40,696 nucleotides of DNA from Asterionella formosa. Lineage: Eukaryota. The notes beneath the pieces are model-generated. The model made no database searches. It was not told where the DNA came from and saw nothing but the letters and a program-made list of their open reading frames with translations. This document shows positions 1 through 11,067 of the stretch, one piece after another; within the stretch, counting starts at the first letter, position 1; each line of letters opens with the position of its first letter. The position numbers and the translations under genes are program-made. The stretch covers positions 62,001 through 102,696 of the forward strand of contig NKIB01009067.1 in NCBI GenBank assembly GCA_002256025.1. The letters run 5' to 3'.

Positions 1-2
1 GG

Positions 3-149
3 GCAAAGGAAGAGTTGACCCGAATGAAGGATGCCATGTTGGTAGTCCTTGAACGTGAGAGAAAGGCCATGCGCACGGAGTTGATGAGACAAACGGCTGA
101 ACTTAAAACACTTTTACAGGATGACCGAGCCACACATCCGGACGCGTAA
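3..149 (+). CDS. 3' end of a gene entering from the left edge; coiled-coil-like C-terminus
   Basis: Open frame from the window edge: AKEELTRMKDAMLVVLERERKAMRTELMRQTAELKTLLQDDRATHPDA, TAA at 147-149; converges on the next gene. Confidence 0.6.
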   Translation, partial: AKEELTRMKDAMLVVLERERKAMRTELMRQTAELKTLLQDDRATHPDA

Positions 150-237
150 AAATGTCATCGTTAGGTGCAACAAGGAATGTTGTCTGCTAGAAGTTAAATG
201 TATTAGATGCTACACAACCATCTCGAATTTGTAAATA

Positions 238-1242
238 TCATCGCGTTCCAATTTTGGCCTGTCGTAATGCACTGGGAGTCTCATCGTGCTCCGTACTCTC
301 TGATTTTCGCTTCCTTGACTTGACCTGGTCTATTGTTGTCAATTGGAAAACCTTGCACTCCAAATCTACACCCCATGAGCAAGAAGACATACTTGAGAGC
401 TCCTCTGATATATCTTTAACTTTCCAGTTGTGCTCGGAAGCCTTGCTTAAAAGCAATTTGTGCGAATCTTCACACCTTATTTGTAGGCAAAGGTAAACAG
501 TTGTTTTTTTGTGGGCCATTAATCGCAGAGTAAAAAGAAGGGGCTCAACCAGTGATTGTGTGTATACCACATCCGTGCCCACTATTGTATCAAAGGAGTG
601 CTCTTGGAGATTCCTTGGGAAGCGGGAAATATCATGATGAGGGGCAAGCCAATCCAGTTGCCTCGCCACGGCAAGATGTTTGTCTTTCTTTGTAGTCAAG
701 ATACTTGCGTTTCTGATTACGTTTAACTCTAGATTACTCATAACATCACTGCACTCTGTTAATACGACTTTCTTTGCATACTTACTAACTGCCAGCACTA
801 TCCCTAACATCCCACAGCCTGCGCCAACTTCCAGCACCTTACCAAGCTTCACTTTTCGTTCTAGTAGAAAAGTCAAAAGTAGATAAGAAGTCTCCCAAAC
901 TATCTTACCTGTGTTGCTTTCATTTGATATTGATATATCCTGTCTAGCACTAATCACCAAATCCTGTTCAGATGACTTTATATGACAAGCCGAAAGTCGA
1001 TATCCAACGTGGGCAACGTTGGCAAGTTCAAAGAAAGCCAACGAGAGCGCATCAATTCCTCCTCCTGCTTGTTCCTGGGCTTTGACGACATCTTGAAATA
1101 TTAACGGCGAAGACTGGTTGCTCTGGTGGTCTGTCTCATGCTGTTTTGCCGACTTCGATTCATGCCCTGCCATTACTGTTTCTGGTGTGAGGGTTTTTCT
1201 TACTACACCATGGGGGAGGGAGAAATCAATTTTTTTTTTCAT
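238..1242 (-). CDS. Class I SAM-dependent protein-lysine methyltransferase (METTL21/Methyltransf_16 family)
   Basis: Motifs TGKIVWETSYLL, VLEVGAGCGMLGI, VVLTE, LDW and FDTIVGTDVVY. Likely ATG at 1242 (MKKKIDF); the ORF track starts at 1329. Basic C-terminal RKRK may be an NLS. Confidence 0.88.
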   Translation of the reverse strand: MKKKIDFSLPHGVVRKTLTPETVMAGHESKSAKQHETDHQSNQSSPLIFQDVVKAQEQAGGGIDALSLAFFELANVAHVGYRLSACHIKSSEQDLVISARQDISISNESNTGKIVWETSYLLLTFLLERKVKLGKVLEVGAGCGMLGIVLAVSKYAKKVVLTECSDVMSNLELNVIRNASILTTKKDKHLAVARQLDWLAPHHDISRFPRNLQEHSFDTIVGTDVVYTQSLVEPLLFTLRLMAHKKTTVYLCLQIRCEDSHKLLLSKASEHNWKVKDISEELSSMSSCSWGVDLECKVFQLTTIDQVKSRKRKSESTEHDETPSALRQAKIGTR

Positions 1243-1950
1243 GATCATAATTATCGTAATGAAAACCGGTGGTGGTAAATCTACATGTGCATAACATTTT
1301 GGATATGTAATGTATACCGGTATTCTCACATATATGTAGCTGCATCAAGAAGGGAATTACCGGTATACATGCATATATACCCCATAACATATGCTTAAAA
1401 TATACCGGTATATTACCGTTACAACAAGCAAAGCAAACTAGCAATGAAGGGCGGGGGGGTCCTTCTTTTGTATCATGCAACAACTACAGGTATCACTTTT
1501 CATTATAAACTGAAATACCGGTATCACTCATCCTCCACATTGAAAAATACATTTTACTTGTATCACCCAAAAGAATCATGGATATGCATTCAACTCCCGG
1601 TACATACAATGATGTATTTTTCCCTCCAGACTATTTTGATAGGTGTAACCAGTACTGACAACATGAAGGAAATCAATGATAGAATCTATAATTACAGGTA
1701 CTGGCGCCAGGTAGTTTGGTCTGCACCACAACGTATGTCTAAATACTAGACATCAATCAGAGAAGGTTTAATAAAATATGCATTTTACAGCCGTAAATAA
1801 AACAACAGCAAAAACCAACCAGTGCATACCGGTATACCTGGTACCAGGTACCGGTACCGGTAAGAAACAAATCAGCACGACAAACAAATCACATACAGGT
1901 AAACCTTTCAATTTATGAGAATACATTCAATTCATCGCTCGACGGGTAAT

Positions 1951-2631
1951 ATGTTCACCCTCTTCGCCAGTTTGTTCCCAATTCTGTTCCTGTTATTGGG
2001 ATGGTTTTCATTCTCTGAGGCTTTTATTGTGCCAACAAGAATAAAAGATGGAACACCATCGGCATTGCTAATGGGTCTGAGAGGCAAGCGGATCAAACAA
2101 GAGAAGCGGAAAGCGCGCGAAGAACCAACACCTCCAAGAATTGAGACTCCCTACGGCCAGGTTCGACTCTCCCTTCCTCCCAAGTCCTGTGAGAAATGCA
2201 ATGGACGAGGCCTTGTTCGATGCAATGTGTGTGAAGGCCGTGGGGTGATTAGGGCCACTGGAACTCGAAAGACAAACCGAGTACAGGCTTCCAAGGCCAC
2301 TGGAACACGGTGGACCTCCGTCGAGACAAGAATGGGACATCGACAATATAGAGTCATTGAAGTCAAGGGATCGAAAAAGAAAGACAATTTGGAACTCCGA
2401 ATGGGCAACGTTTGTGGAGACCCCGTGGACTTCTGGATCCCGGTAGAGGAGCTGATGAACAAAATGATTTGGAGAATGGGGTGGACAACCCTCGAAGAAA
2501 TTCTTTTGGCAGAAGGTGGGCCATTGCTAGATGTTCGCCTTTGTCATTTATGTAAAGGCGAGAAAATCCGTCAATGTTCACACTGCAGCGGCGAAGGTAT
2601 GATTCCCAGCTATGAGCCTTTGCATGAGTAA
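1951..2631 (+). CDS. Plastid-targeted DnaJ-type zinc-finger protein with inserted Trp-rich (TIGR02450/DUF2389-like) domain
   Basis: Signal peptide ending SEA-FIVP. Four CxxCxGxG-type motifs (CEKCNGRG, CNVCEGRG, CHLCKGEK, CSHCSGEG). Between motifs 2 and 3 lies GTRWTSVE...YRVIEV...FWIPVEEL...WRMGW. No J-domain/HPD. Confidence 0.8.
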   Translation: MFTLFASLFPILFLLLGWFSFSEAFIVPTRIKDGTPSALLMGLRGKRIKQEKRKAREEPTPPRIETPYGQVRLSLPPKSCEKCNGRGLVRCNVCEGRGVIRATGTRKTNRVQASKATGTRWTSVETRMGHRQYRVIEVKGSKKKDNLELRMGNVCGDPVDFWIPVEELMNKMIWRMGWTTLEEILLAEGGPLLDVRLCHLCKGEKIRQCSHCSGEGMIPSYEPLHE

Positions 2632-3478
2632 CAAGAGAGGGTACTGGGTATTGGGCGAGTAGAGCTTCATTTTTGTTCTCGCAAGCCTGTTGGCGCCACC
2701 ACAAATTAGAAACTACAGGGGTGAAAATCTTTGGAAGCGTTCCTCAAGGCCAGTCAATCTGTACTGCACCTGAGATTTGTCTAGAATAGATTTGCTCCAA
2801 TCTGTTCCTTTATTAATATAGTATTACAGGTATGGGGTTGTTAACTAAAGAAGACCACTGGTTGTATCCTTGTATATTAGACTGGAGAAGCATTTGTTTC
2901 TCAATCACTGATCCTCAATTTGCGAAAATCGGATTGGTACCTACTGTGCATGCAACATCGGATTCTGGATGTGGTCCCCATGCATTGGAAAGCACATCGA
3001 AAGGCGCGACAGTCACAATGAAAGCACCAAATCCTGTAGCCATTTCAACTGTGCCTTAAGAAGTTGAATAGCTAATTGATTTCTCCAGTCGCCTCAATTA
3101 TCTCTGATGACAATGGCATTTGGTTGGCATAGTGAATGCTTGATTTCGGCAGGAATAAATTGCTGAATTCATAGCTTGAGGCGATTTCTGGAATCAGATT
3201 TTTCAGACATTCTTTCCGGTATAATTATTCGGTACGAACAGGGAACAAAGCGCACACTATCTACACCAACTGCCGGGTAGTTGGGTTTTATTCTGCAGGG
3301 GCTCCAACCGGTACTTAATTTTTATCCTCCCGCAATTCCTTGTGCTTCAACCTTAGTAAGACTGAGAATGAATATCAAAAACGTATTAGTGAAAGTAGAT
3401 TTATGATTTAAGTATTGACATATTTGAATCCGTCACTTGATGTGATTCATCAAGAGAATTGCCATGCTGTATTTCACC

Positions 3479-4108
3479 TTATGGAAATTTGGAAATGTAT
3501 CCTTTTTGAAAACAGTAGTCCATAGCATACGCGGCAGCCCCAAACAATGCTACACTTTCAAGTCCACTACTAATTCCTTGCTGTATCATGTTCCAATCAA
3601 AGTATCCAATAGGAGATCCACAATTCAAAGGAATGGCATTACAGTAGGCCGGGACTTCTATTTTTGATAAAGTCCGAGTCAATACAAAGGCTCCAATCAC
3701 ACCTTGCTTCAACATGTCATTGTCATCAGTTCGGATGCAGTATCGATACACAATCGCAAAAAGACCGGCTTCCAAAGATCCCATATCAGTATCGAATTCC
3801 CATTGTGGAATATTATTGCTTTCCAGCAATAGATTATGAATGGCGGATACTGGTGCTATGGTAATTCCTCCTGATACAGCACCGACAAGGACACATTTGA
3901 TGGATTCGATTCGCTGTGACATTGAAAACTTGTCATCGTCATTTTGGAGTGCCAAGAATCGAATCGTAGTGGGATAATGACAAACTCCTGGTTGTAGTAG
4001 TGGACGACAGTCTGTCGCTCGAGGGTATGACGGGGCAAACGATGCAACGGAGGAAAAAGGCGCTATTATGAAGACCAACAACAGGACGATGGTTGATTGA
4101 TGCCTCAT
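3479..4108 (-). CDS. Plastid-targeted uncharacterised membrane protein resembling a cyanobacterial/plant family
   Basis: Signal peptide + VAS-FAPS (ASAFAP-type). Motifs [27 protein letters not shown] and [15 protein letters not shown]; several hydrophobic helices. ATG at 4108 or 4120. Family link is from memory. Confidence 0.8.
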   Translation of the reverse strand: MRHQSTIVLLLVFIIAPFSSVASFAPSYPRATDCRPLLQPGVCHYPTTIRFLALQNDDDKFSMSQRIESIKCVLVGAVSGGITIAPVSAIHNLLLESNNIPQWEFDTDMGSLEAGLFAIVYRYCIRTDDNDMLKQGVIGAFVLTRTLSKIEVPAYCNAIPLNCGSPIGYFDWNMIQQGISSGLESVALFGAAAYAMDYCFQKGYISKFP

Positions 4109-4377
4109 GGATGTCAACATTATTTCACGTGATGCCAACAATGCCAACAAATTTTTGTTGCAGTGGAAGATATATGGTTGTCGCTATATTTTATTACCGG
4201 TAGGTTTGTTTGTGCATACTGGGTATGTACCTTATGTACTGGTATGGCATGGAATACCGGTATTCAGACTATTTATTAAGAATACGAGACTACCGGACAT
4301 GGACAAATTAACGTTCGTAAATTCTGTTGGCCTTCGTTGGCACTGGTAGGAGACGATGATTTTATTCAGCTGAAAAA

Positions 4378-4592
4378 TGCTAAAAAACACTTCAGTATTA
4401 CCCTGGTACCTGGTACCAGCAGGAGAATCATATGCCCCATATTGCCCTTTAAAAAAATTACTTAAGAAATTTCATAGAGCCTAAAAATTACTTAGAAGTA
4501 CCCGAATGGCAAGACGATAGCTGGAGCGGGAATTGCTAAAAAACACTTCAGTATTACCCTGGTACATGGTACCTGGTACCAGGAGGAGAATC
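4378..4592. repeat. Local ~52-59 bp direct duplication containing the GGTACC repeat
   Basis: TGCTAAAAAACACTTCAGTATTACCCTGGTAC...AGGAGAATC at 4378-4429 and 4534-4592. Confidence 0.85.
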
Positions 4593-7500
4593 TTGCATCA
4601 TCATGTCGTCTCTGCCTTGACCGTGATGAAAATAATGAATCTCTCCGGCATGAAACTGAGAACAACGCTTTGCTATTTGGTACATATATCAAGAACAATA
4701 AAATATACTTTTAATGACAACACCAAAATTATTGACAACGAGAATTGAAGTCACCAATAGCTAGCACAGTGATGTCACATTTTTCTTGCAAGGTGAATCA
4801 CAACTTGTTTCTCAGTTTTCATTTTACAGAAATGGTAAACACATTAATAAATATTATAATGAAACGCACCATCCAATAGAACTAATAAGATCTACATCGA
4901 GAAACTTGAACTTGAACGGACTATTGCCGAACTCAATTTACCATCACTTCCATTTGAATTTTGGAGTGATGATGAGGAGGATTTCGATGCCGATGGCACT
5001 AATTCAGGATCTGATTCTCTTACTACTGAAAAGGTTTCCACCATTGCTTCGATTCCCAGCGCCTCATGTATTCCTCAGCAGAATGTATCAGCCACCGACT
5101 TTGCCTCTGCAATCCGAGCCTCCACTGCTGTTTACATCAAGCAAGCAGACAGTGGCAATTAGAGAATCGAATCATAAAACAGGGAGATACAGAAGACACT
5201 TACCATTATGGAAGATAAATTCTTTGAGGCACTCTCAATTAAACCTACTCTTGCCTTCATTGCTGTTGCGTAATTTCGTTTGAGACATTTTATCACCAAC
5301 AAGTTTTTACCAGTTCTTTTTGTTCTTTGTTCGACATGATGATAACAAAGTAGGAGTAGAATAAATGCAGATGTTTTAAAGTTAAAGAATAAAACAATCA
5401 TAAAAAATTGCTATGAATGGTATATTGTTACTTTCATTTTTGGCGCGCCAACAATAAAAGTTGGTTGTGTTCGATCATGAAGAAATGCTAATGGATCGTT
5501 CTCTTACGTTTCTTGCTTCGAAGAAGTGATCCGAGTACATAAAAATATAGTACAAGTGATAATATGTTCGATAATGATCAAATACCTATCCTATTGATCA
5601 TTCATTCCAACATCTTGAATAGCGGTGACATACTGTACTGTCGGTATCATGTAAGTACCGGTATACTTCGAAGGTATGTATAGGTACCAATGATACTTAC
5701 TACTCCATTCCAGGGATATGATTAGCGGAAGTACGTTTGAGGTTCCTTCAAGTCTCGAAAATGGTACTTTATCATTCTCAGCCAGTACTTGAAGAATAAA
5801 CATACCGATATGTAAATGATACATAAATTTTGAAGTATTGGAAATTTTGATATATGATTGCGAAATTGATAATATTACCTCTATTTCACACAATCTGATG
5901 ACGAAATGAAGATCGATAGCCTCCTCTCAAACCAACCTGAAAGTGGATGCAAGTTATTTGATTGTGTTTTGCGTCTCAACTGTGGAAACTAAAAGGGCTT
6001 GTGATCGGTGCTCAAACCCTTGACCGTATGAAAATGGAAGAAAACTATTAAATTATATCGCTGTTCAATTGCGCTTCTGACATTAAAAGTTGATACAGTA
6101 CACCAGAACAACAAAACCGCACTTGATATGCTCTTGTGCAGCGTTGTAGAAAGTTTGTAGCATCTGTGCATATTGATTAACATGAAATGTATTTCAACAA
6201 TGATAGATGTGTATAATTTCGACATCAATAATATCTCGCTTCCCCACATGCAGATGTGAGAATGAGGATCCTCGATATCCTGTTACCTATTAATCAACCA
6301 TGAAAACAGAAGTAAGTCATATGCTTATTTGCTGCTCTTTTGTCTATTGGAGCGCGAAAGTTCTATGATTGTTTCGCTTCTCATATGTTTTTAAAAGAAA
6401 TCTTGTTGATGATTCGATTCCTTCCAGTTTGTGTATAGAAAAGTGTTTTTGTTAAGAAGTTGCGACATCGTCTCGGTGCACATACGTGTAAAGAAGAGTG
6501 CGTGTGATCACAAGTTATGTGATAAATTCATTGCACATATGTGGAGATGGTTTACTCGTTGCAAAACTTTTGCTAACATTGTTAATATCTCCTACAGGAA
6601 AATGATACAAGAATATTGGAGAATGTGAGTTTGCTGTCATTCTTAATGATGGAATTTTGAATGTAACATCAGCAATTCTCTGACTGTTTCATTTCATCTT
6701 GAAGAAAACATGTCAAAGGTAATGATATAAAAAACAAAGAACGTAGCTAGTACCGGAACTGAAGTGAAGGTATTTAAGACGATTATGGGCTCATTCTGTT
6801 AAAGGATTTACAGTGGAAAGGATGTGTGACCAGAAGCATAATGCATATTATTAAATAGCGATCCAATTAACTCTATTTGTGTCTATTATTGATCGAACAT
6901 GATAATACGTTTGACCAATGGCAGGATTTCCTTAGATGTTTAGAAATAATTATCTTAGGTCGAAAGCTAAAATAAGATTTGATCAAAGCACTCCAACATT
7001 TAGATCAAGAAATTAATTGACTTGATCAAACGGTTTCTATGTTTAGATAATAGATTGGATAATCATTTGATAACAAAGTAACAGTGCTGTATTAACGACC
7101 ATGCCATTGTTTGATCAATGAATTTGGAATGATTTGATATATAAATAAATTCAATGAATTAAACAGACGGTTCAACATTTGATGCAACATAAAAAATCTG
7201 TTTTATTTTAAGCCTACTAAAACACATTCTAGTCTCTAATAATGAAGCAATTCATTAAGTTTGTTATCATTAGCTAATCCAGCTATTAGGTCACCATTAG
7301 TACCAAAGGCACCACCATTGTCAATCAGTTGATTGATTGAATATTGCTACTTTGATAGCGTTTTCCTTGTGCTCAACAGTTCTTGAGGGGTATCTAATTG
7401 ACCAATTTTTTCAAAAAAATGCAAGGATTGAGATAAAGTATGCTAGGAATTTGTGGAATGGCTCAACTAAAGTATTCGTTCAGAATAGAAGAAGAAGTTT

Positions 7501-8300
7501 TACCTACTAGTATATACATTGGAAAAACAGGCATAAACAATCCAGCAGCTTTTTCAACATGTGACTAAAGCGAAGGTTGATTGTGCTGTACCAAAACCCT
7601 GAAAATATCAAGGGATTTTTCTAGTCTTGTTTATTTTTGCCAGCGAGCATCAACCGTTGTAACACTAAGTTTCAAGCTTTGACTTCTCCTCAGTGGTTGT
7701 CAAGTCTGGAAATATCTGTCAGTCCTGAGCATTAGTAATACTAACACGCACTTGCAGGGAAATTGCTGCAACTGCTGGCATTACGTTGGTGTTAAATGAT
7801 TCTGCATATGGGTATGGTAACTACCCATATACCAGTATGGGGTGTTAAAAGGTCACATACTCCTTCCTGTCTGATGGGTATCCCCTTACATGGGTCTTAC
7901 GTGTTGAACTACTAGCACTTTTATCCTTTGCTGATAGCCTTCGTGCTAGTTTTCGCTATTGACATCACTCTGTCAATTCTCACAGCTTCTTAATTATATA
8001 AAAGCATTAAAATTGGTTACTCTGTCCTAAAATGTTTTTGGTGTGGCCAAACAAGAAATTTGTCCATTTGCGCTGTGTCTTGTATTGGATAAGATGACAC
8101 ACACAGTTAAATTTGATGCACAGACACACAAAAAGCACGATGTATAGCCTAACGGTCCTAATGGGATCGAATAAACTGAAAGAACAGTTAAGAACTGGAA
8201 GAAATCAAGAGGAATTCATTCATTTTTTTCTTCGATACGCCACCCCGTTCAAGCAAACTGTTTATCATCATCAAACAGATCCTTAGAGCTTGAAAAATAA

Positions 8301-8924
8301 ATGCAGACTTATTTCGGTACAATCATGGAGGACTTGGACTTTTTAGCGCTATACACAATCATCGCGGTGTTTGGTGTGATGCTCATATTTCACTATGCTT
8401 TTGACCAATTTTCTCCCCTTCGTTATGCGACCATGATCTGGCATTTCAAGCGCAATGGCTTGTCGGTAGTGGGAATGGTCCAATCATCGCGTACTATCAC
8501 TGTTTGTTGTCAACCGCAATACTTTCTAACTGTGTCAGTCAACAACGACGACAGCAATGATTTCGTTGCAAGTGTGGTGATTGAACGGAGTGTAGAGTGT
8601 ATTGTTGATGCCAACTTTTACACGAGAAAAAAGTGCATGATACAGGAGTATACGATTTCTTCTAAGATATTATACAATCAGGCTATCAATACAAGTCTCA
8701 TTGAAATGCTTGTTGATCCTACGACATTCTCGTCACCTCGGCCGGTGGCGCTCCCTGCCAGTGAGATGGATCGCTTTTTTCAACATACGTTCCAAGGTTT
8801 ATTAACCTTGACATATCCAGTAATACTTGTCGGGCAGTCTATCTATCTCTCCAAATGTAGTTTGGTGGTTACTTTCTCATGTGTGGTTGTTGCAATCCTT
8901 CGTTGTGTGTTGCTCCTTTTATGA
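8301..8924 (+). CDS. Hypothetical membrane protein (N-terminal TM, beta-rich middle, C-terminal TMs); may be degenerate at the 3' end
   Basis: 207-aa ATG ORF in an otherwise stop-rich region. TM-soluble-TM layout is reminiscent of DUF3592-like proteins. An overlapping frame (8827-9015) may be the frameshifted C-terminus. Confidence 0.45.
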   Translation: MQTYFGTIMEDLDFLALYTIIAVFGVMLIFHYAFDQFSPLRYATMIWHFKRNGLSVVGMVQSSRTITVCCQPQYFLTVSVNNDDSNDFVASVVIERSVECIVDANFYTRKKCMIQEYTISSKILYNQAINTSLIEMLVDPTTFSSPRPVALPASEMDRFFQHTFQGLLTLTYPVILVGQSIYLSKCSLVVTFSCVVVAILRCVLLLL

Positions 8925-9401
8925 TCATGTGCAAGCAAAAAGGCATCACCTCTCAATGACCAGCGTGCACATAGCCAACAATGCAGCACGATCAAAATTT
9001 GATTCTATTGTGTAACCCACTATGATGCCATAAATGAATTCCTTTTTTGCAAAAAGCTGAGGAGGTCATTGCTTGGAGGTTTGACAAGTATATTAGGGGG
9101 GAAATCAAAAACCAACAGCCACAGAATGGGTGGTGAGTGGATTAGAAGGGTGAAAATAGGAATATGTAATAGACATGAGCTGTGCTCATGCTTTAATGTT
9201 ATCTGATATACACTCAATAAAGCCACCCTTGTTGAATTTGTTCTGGGCATTGTTGCCTTATTGATACAATAGTATCAAGATCACACTTGCGGTTTCAACA
9301 CGGGGAGGGGATTTTGTATACTATATACAATCAGTATCTATAATAAGGACAAACTGATGTCTCAGCATAAATAATGCAACAATCCTCCTTACTCTTCGAA
9401 A

Positions 9402-9900
9402 ATGGTAAAACATAAAACTGACATAATCTATTTGAATATTCGAGAAAATATGAATGGGGTGAAACTCCAACTTGGTTTGAGTATGCATCCAGGCATACTA
9501 ATTTTGACTATGATTCAAAAGCAGACTCAGACGCACTCAATAAGTATTCTATCTCTGTTGCGCTTCATAGATCGAGATTTGCCACCAAGAAATCAAAGAT
9601 CCAAGGTTTACGGAGGCCATCTTAATGAATATGATGAGTGTCGAGGTTCGGGGGAACTGTGTGAAAAGCTTAGAGAAAATTGTACATGTCTGGTCACTTT
9701 TATTGGCTGAGCGCAGAGCTGGCTCGATACGTTTCCGACCCTGCTACAAAAGCAAAAGCATTTTTCAAGTCGAACAACGAAGATTTCGACATTAGCTCAA
9801 GGTTCTTTCTTAGCCAGAACCTATTCAACTCATGGCATGCAATGGAGCTCAGTTTTAGATTCATCCTCTCAAAACGGACAAAGAATGGAGCTAACCTTTC
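9402..9900 (+). pseudogene. Frameshifted GT31-like (beta-1,3-galactosyltransferase family) glycosyltransferase pseudogene
   Basis: Colinear motifs across changing frames: DIIYLNIRENMN / GETPTWFEYAS..FDYDSKADSDAL (DxD at 9524-9532) / LLRFIDRDLPP..VYGG / YMSGHFYWLSAELARYV..NEDFDI. Frameshifts near 9459, 9540 and 9680. Confidence 0.7.
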
Positions 9901-10134
9901 AAGCCAGCGTACGGACTTTACAAAGCGACCAAGGACAAGTACGAGTGGGTACTCAGAAACGTGTTGGATGTAGTGAAGCTGCCAACAATGTTGGATTAAT
10001 CTGCGCTACATATGAATTGAACTGCACAAATCATCGGTTGAAATTGACATAAAAGGAATTCCCGAGATCACTGACTGGTGGGTTTCTCGATTCATTTTCC
10101 TTCGCTGACATCGACATCGACGTCTCCTTTAGTT

Positions 10135-11067
10135 TCATTTAATTTTTGTGCCCAAATCACGAGCGATACTATCTTGAACGCTCTCAGGGATGATTGATCC
10201 AATATAATCCATCATGGCATGGGGCCAGTGTGGCAACACAGCCTTTGTATTGATTCCAAGCATTCCCAATGCCTTAGTTGCAACAACTTGAGCGTCAGCA
10301 ACAGCAAATGATGACGTTTTGATTCCCGACATGCGCGTTGCCGTCAATCCTGGTCTAACGCACAACACATCTATATTGTACGGGGACATCTCGGCGGCCA
10401 AGCATCGACTCCAATGATTAATAAAGGCCTTGGTTCCTGCATAAGTCGACAGCATTGCCATGGGAGATGATGAGGTGAGAGAGCCCAAATTAACAATTGC
10501 AGAGCGTTCTGATTGTGCATTGACTTTTAATAAAGGAATAATCTCGCTGGTCAAGAGTACAGTGAAAGTACAGTTTACACGAATGATTTGCTCCATCAAC
10601 TTGCTGTCCATTTCGTCAACATTGCAAGGGACGCGATTGTGAATACCAACCGCATTGATCAACACGGATACTTTCTTATCCTTCAAGTAATGAATTAGAC
10701 TGTGAAGTTGTGTCTCTGTGGCAGTAGAGGCGTCCATGGGAAAAGCGTACGTCTTAACCTGGCAGGCCTTTTCCAATTCCTTCGCGAGCGTTTGGAGGTT
10801 CTCTTTTGTTCGTGCAATCAAAACGATGTTAAACCCTTTCTTGGCCAGCTCCAGGGCAAATTCGCGCCCAATTCCGGAAGTTGCTCCGGTGACGACAGCC
10901 CAAGAGCCCTTGCCATATCTGGTAGTGAGATTGGTATTGGGACGTAAGAAATGTCTCCAGAAAAATCGAGCCAGTCGAATGGAAGCATCAAGCACAGTGA
11001 CTGTCCCAACGACGGCCGCCAACGCAGCGACTTTGGTGGTTGACTTCCACAATCTAAGGCCTTCCAT
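10135..11067 (-). CDS. Short-chain dehydrogenase/reductase, very-long-chain 3-oxoacyl-CoA reductase (KCR/HSD17B12-like)
   Basis: WAVVTGATSGIGREFALELAKKGFNIVLIAR, VLINAVG, catalytic YAGTK and N-terminal membrane anchor. Likely ATG at 11067. Confidence 0.9.
   Translation of the reverse strand: MEGLRLWKSTTKVAALAAVVGTVTVLDASIRLARFFWRHFLRPNTNLTTRYGKGSWAVVTGATSGIGREFALELAKKGFNIVLIARTKENLQTLAKELEKACQVKTYAFPMDASTATETQLHSLIHYLKDKKVSVLINAVGIHNRVPCNVDEMDSKLMEQIIRVNCTFTVLLTSEIIPLLKVNAQSERSAIVNLGSLTSSSPMAMLSTYAGTKAFINHWSRCLAAEMSPYNIDVLCVRPGLTATRMSGIKTSSFAVADAQVVATKALGMLGINTKAVLPHWPHAMMDYIGSIIPESVQDSIARDLGTKIK

Noticed and set aside
4786..5283. 165-aa + strand ORF
   Set aside because: Non-ATG start and unconvincing composition; a neighbouring frame looks more protein-like, so the region is treated as a relic.
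10080..10137. Possible TGA (selenocysteine) readthrough at the end of the SDR gene
   Set aside because: A TAA follows one codon later and I saw no SECIS-like element.
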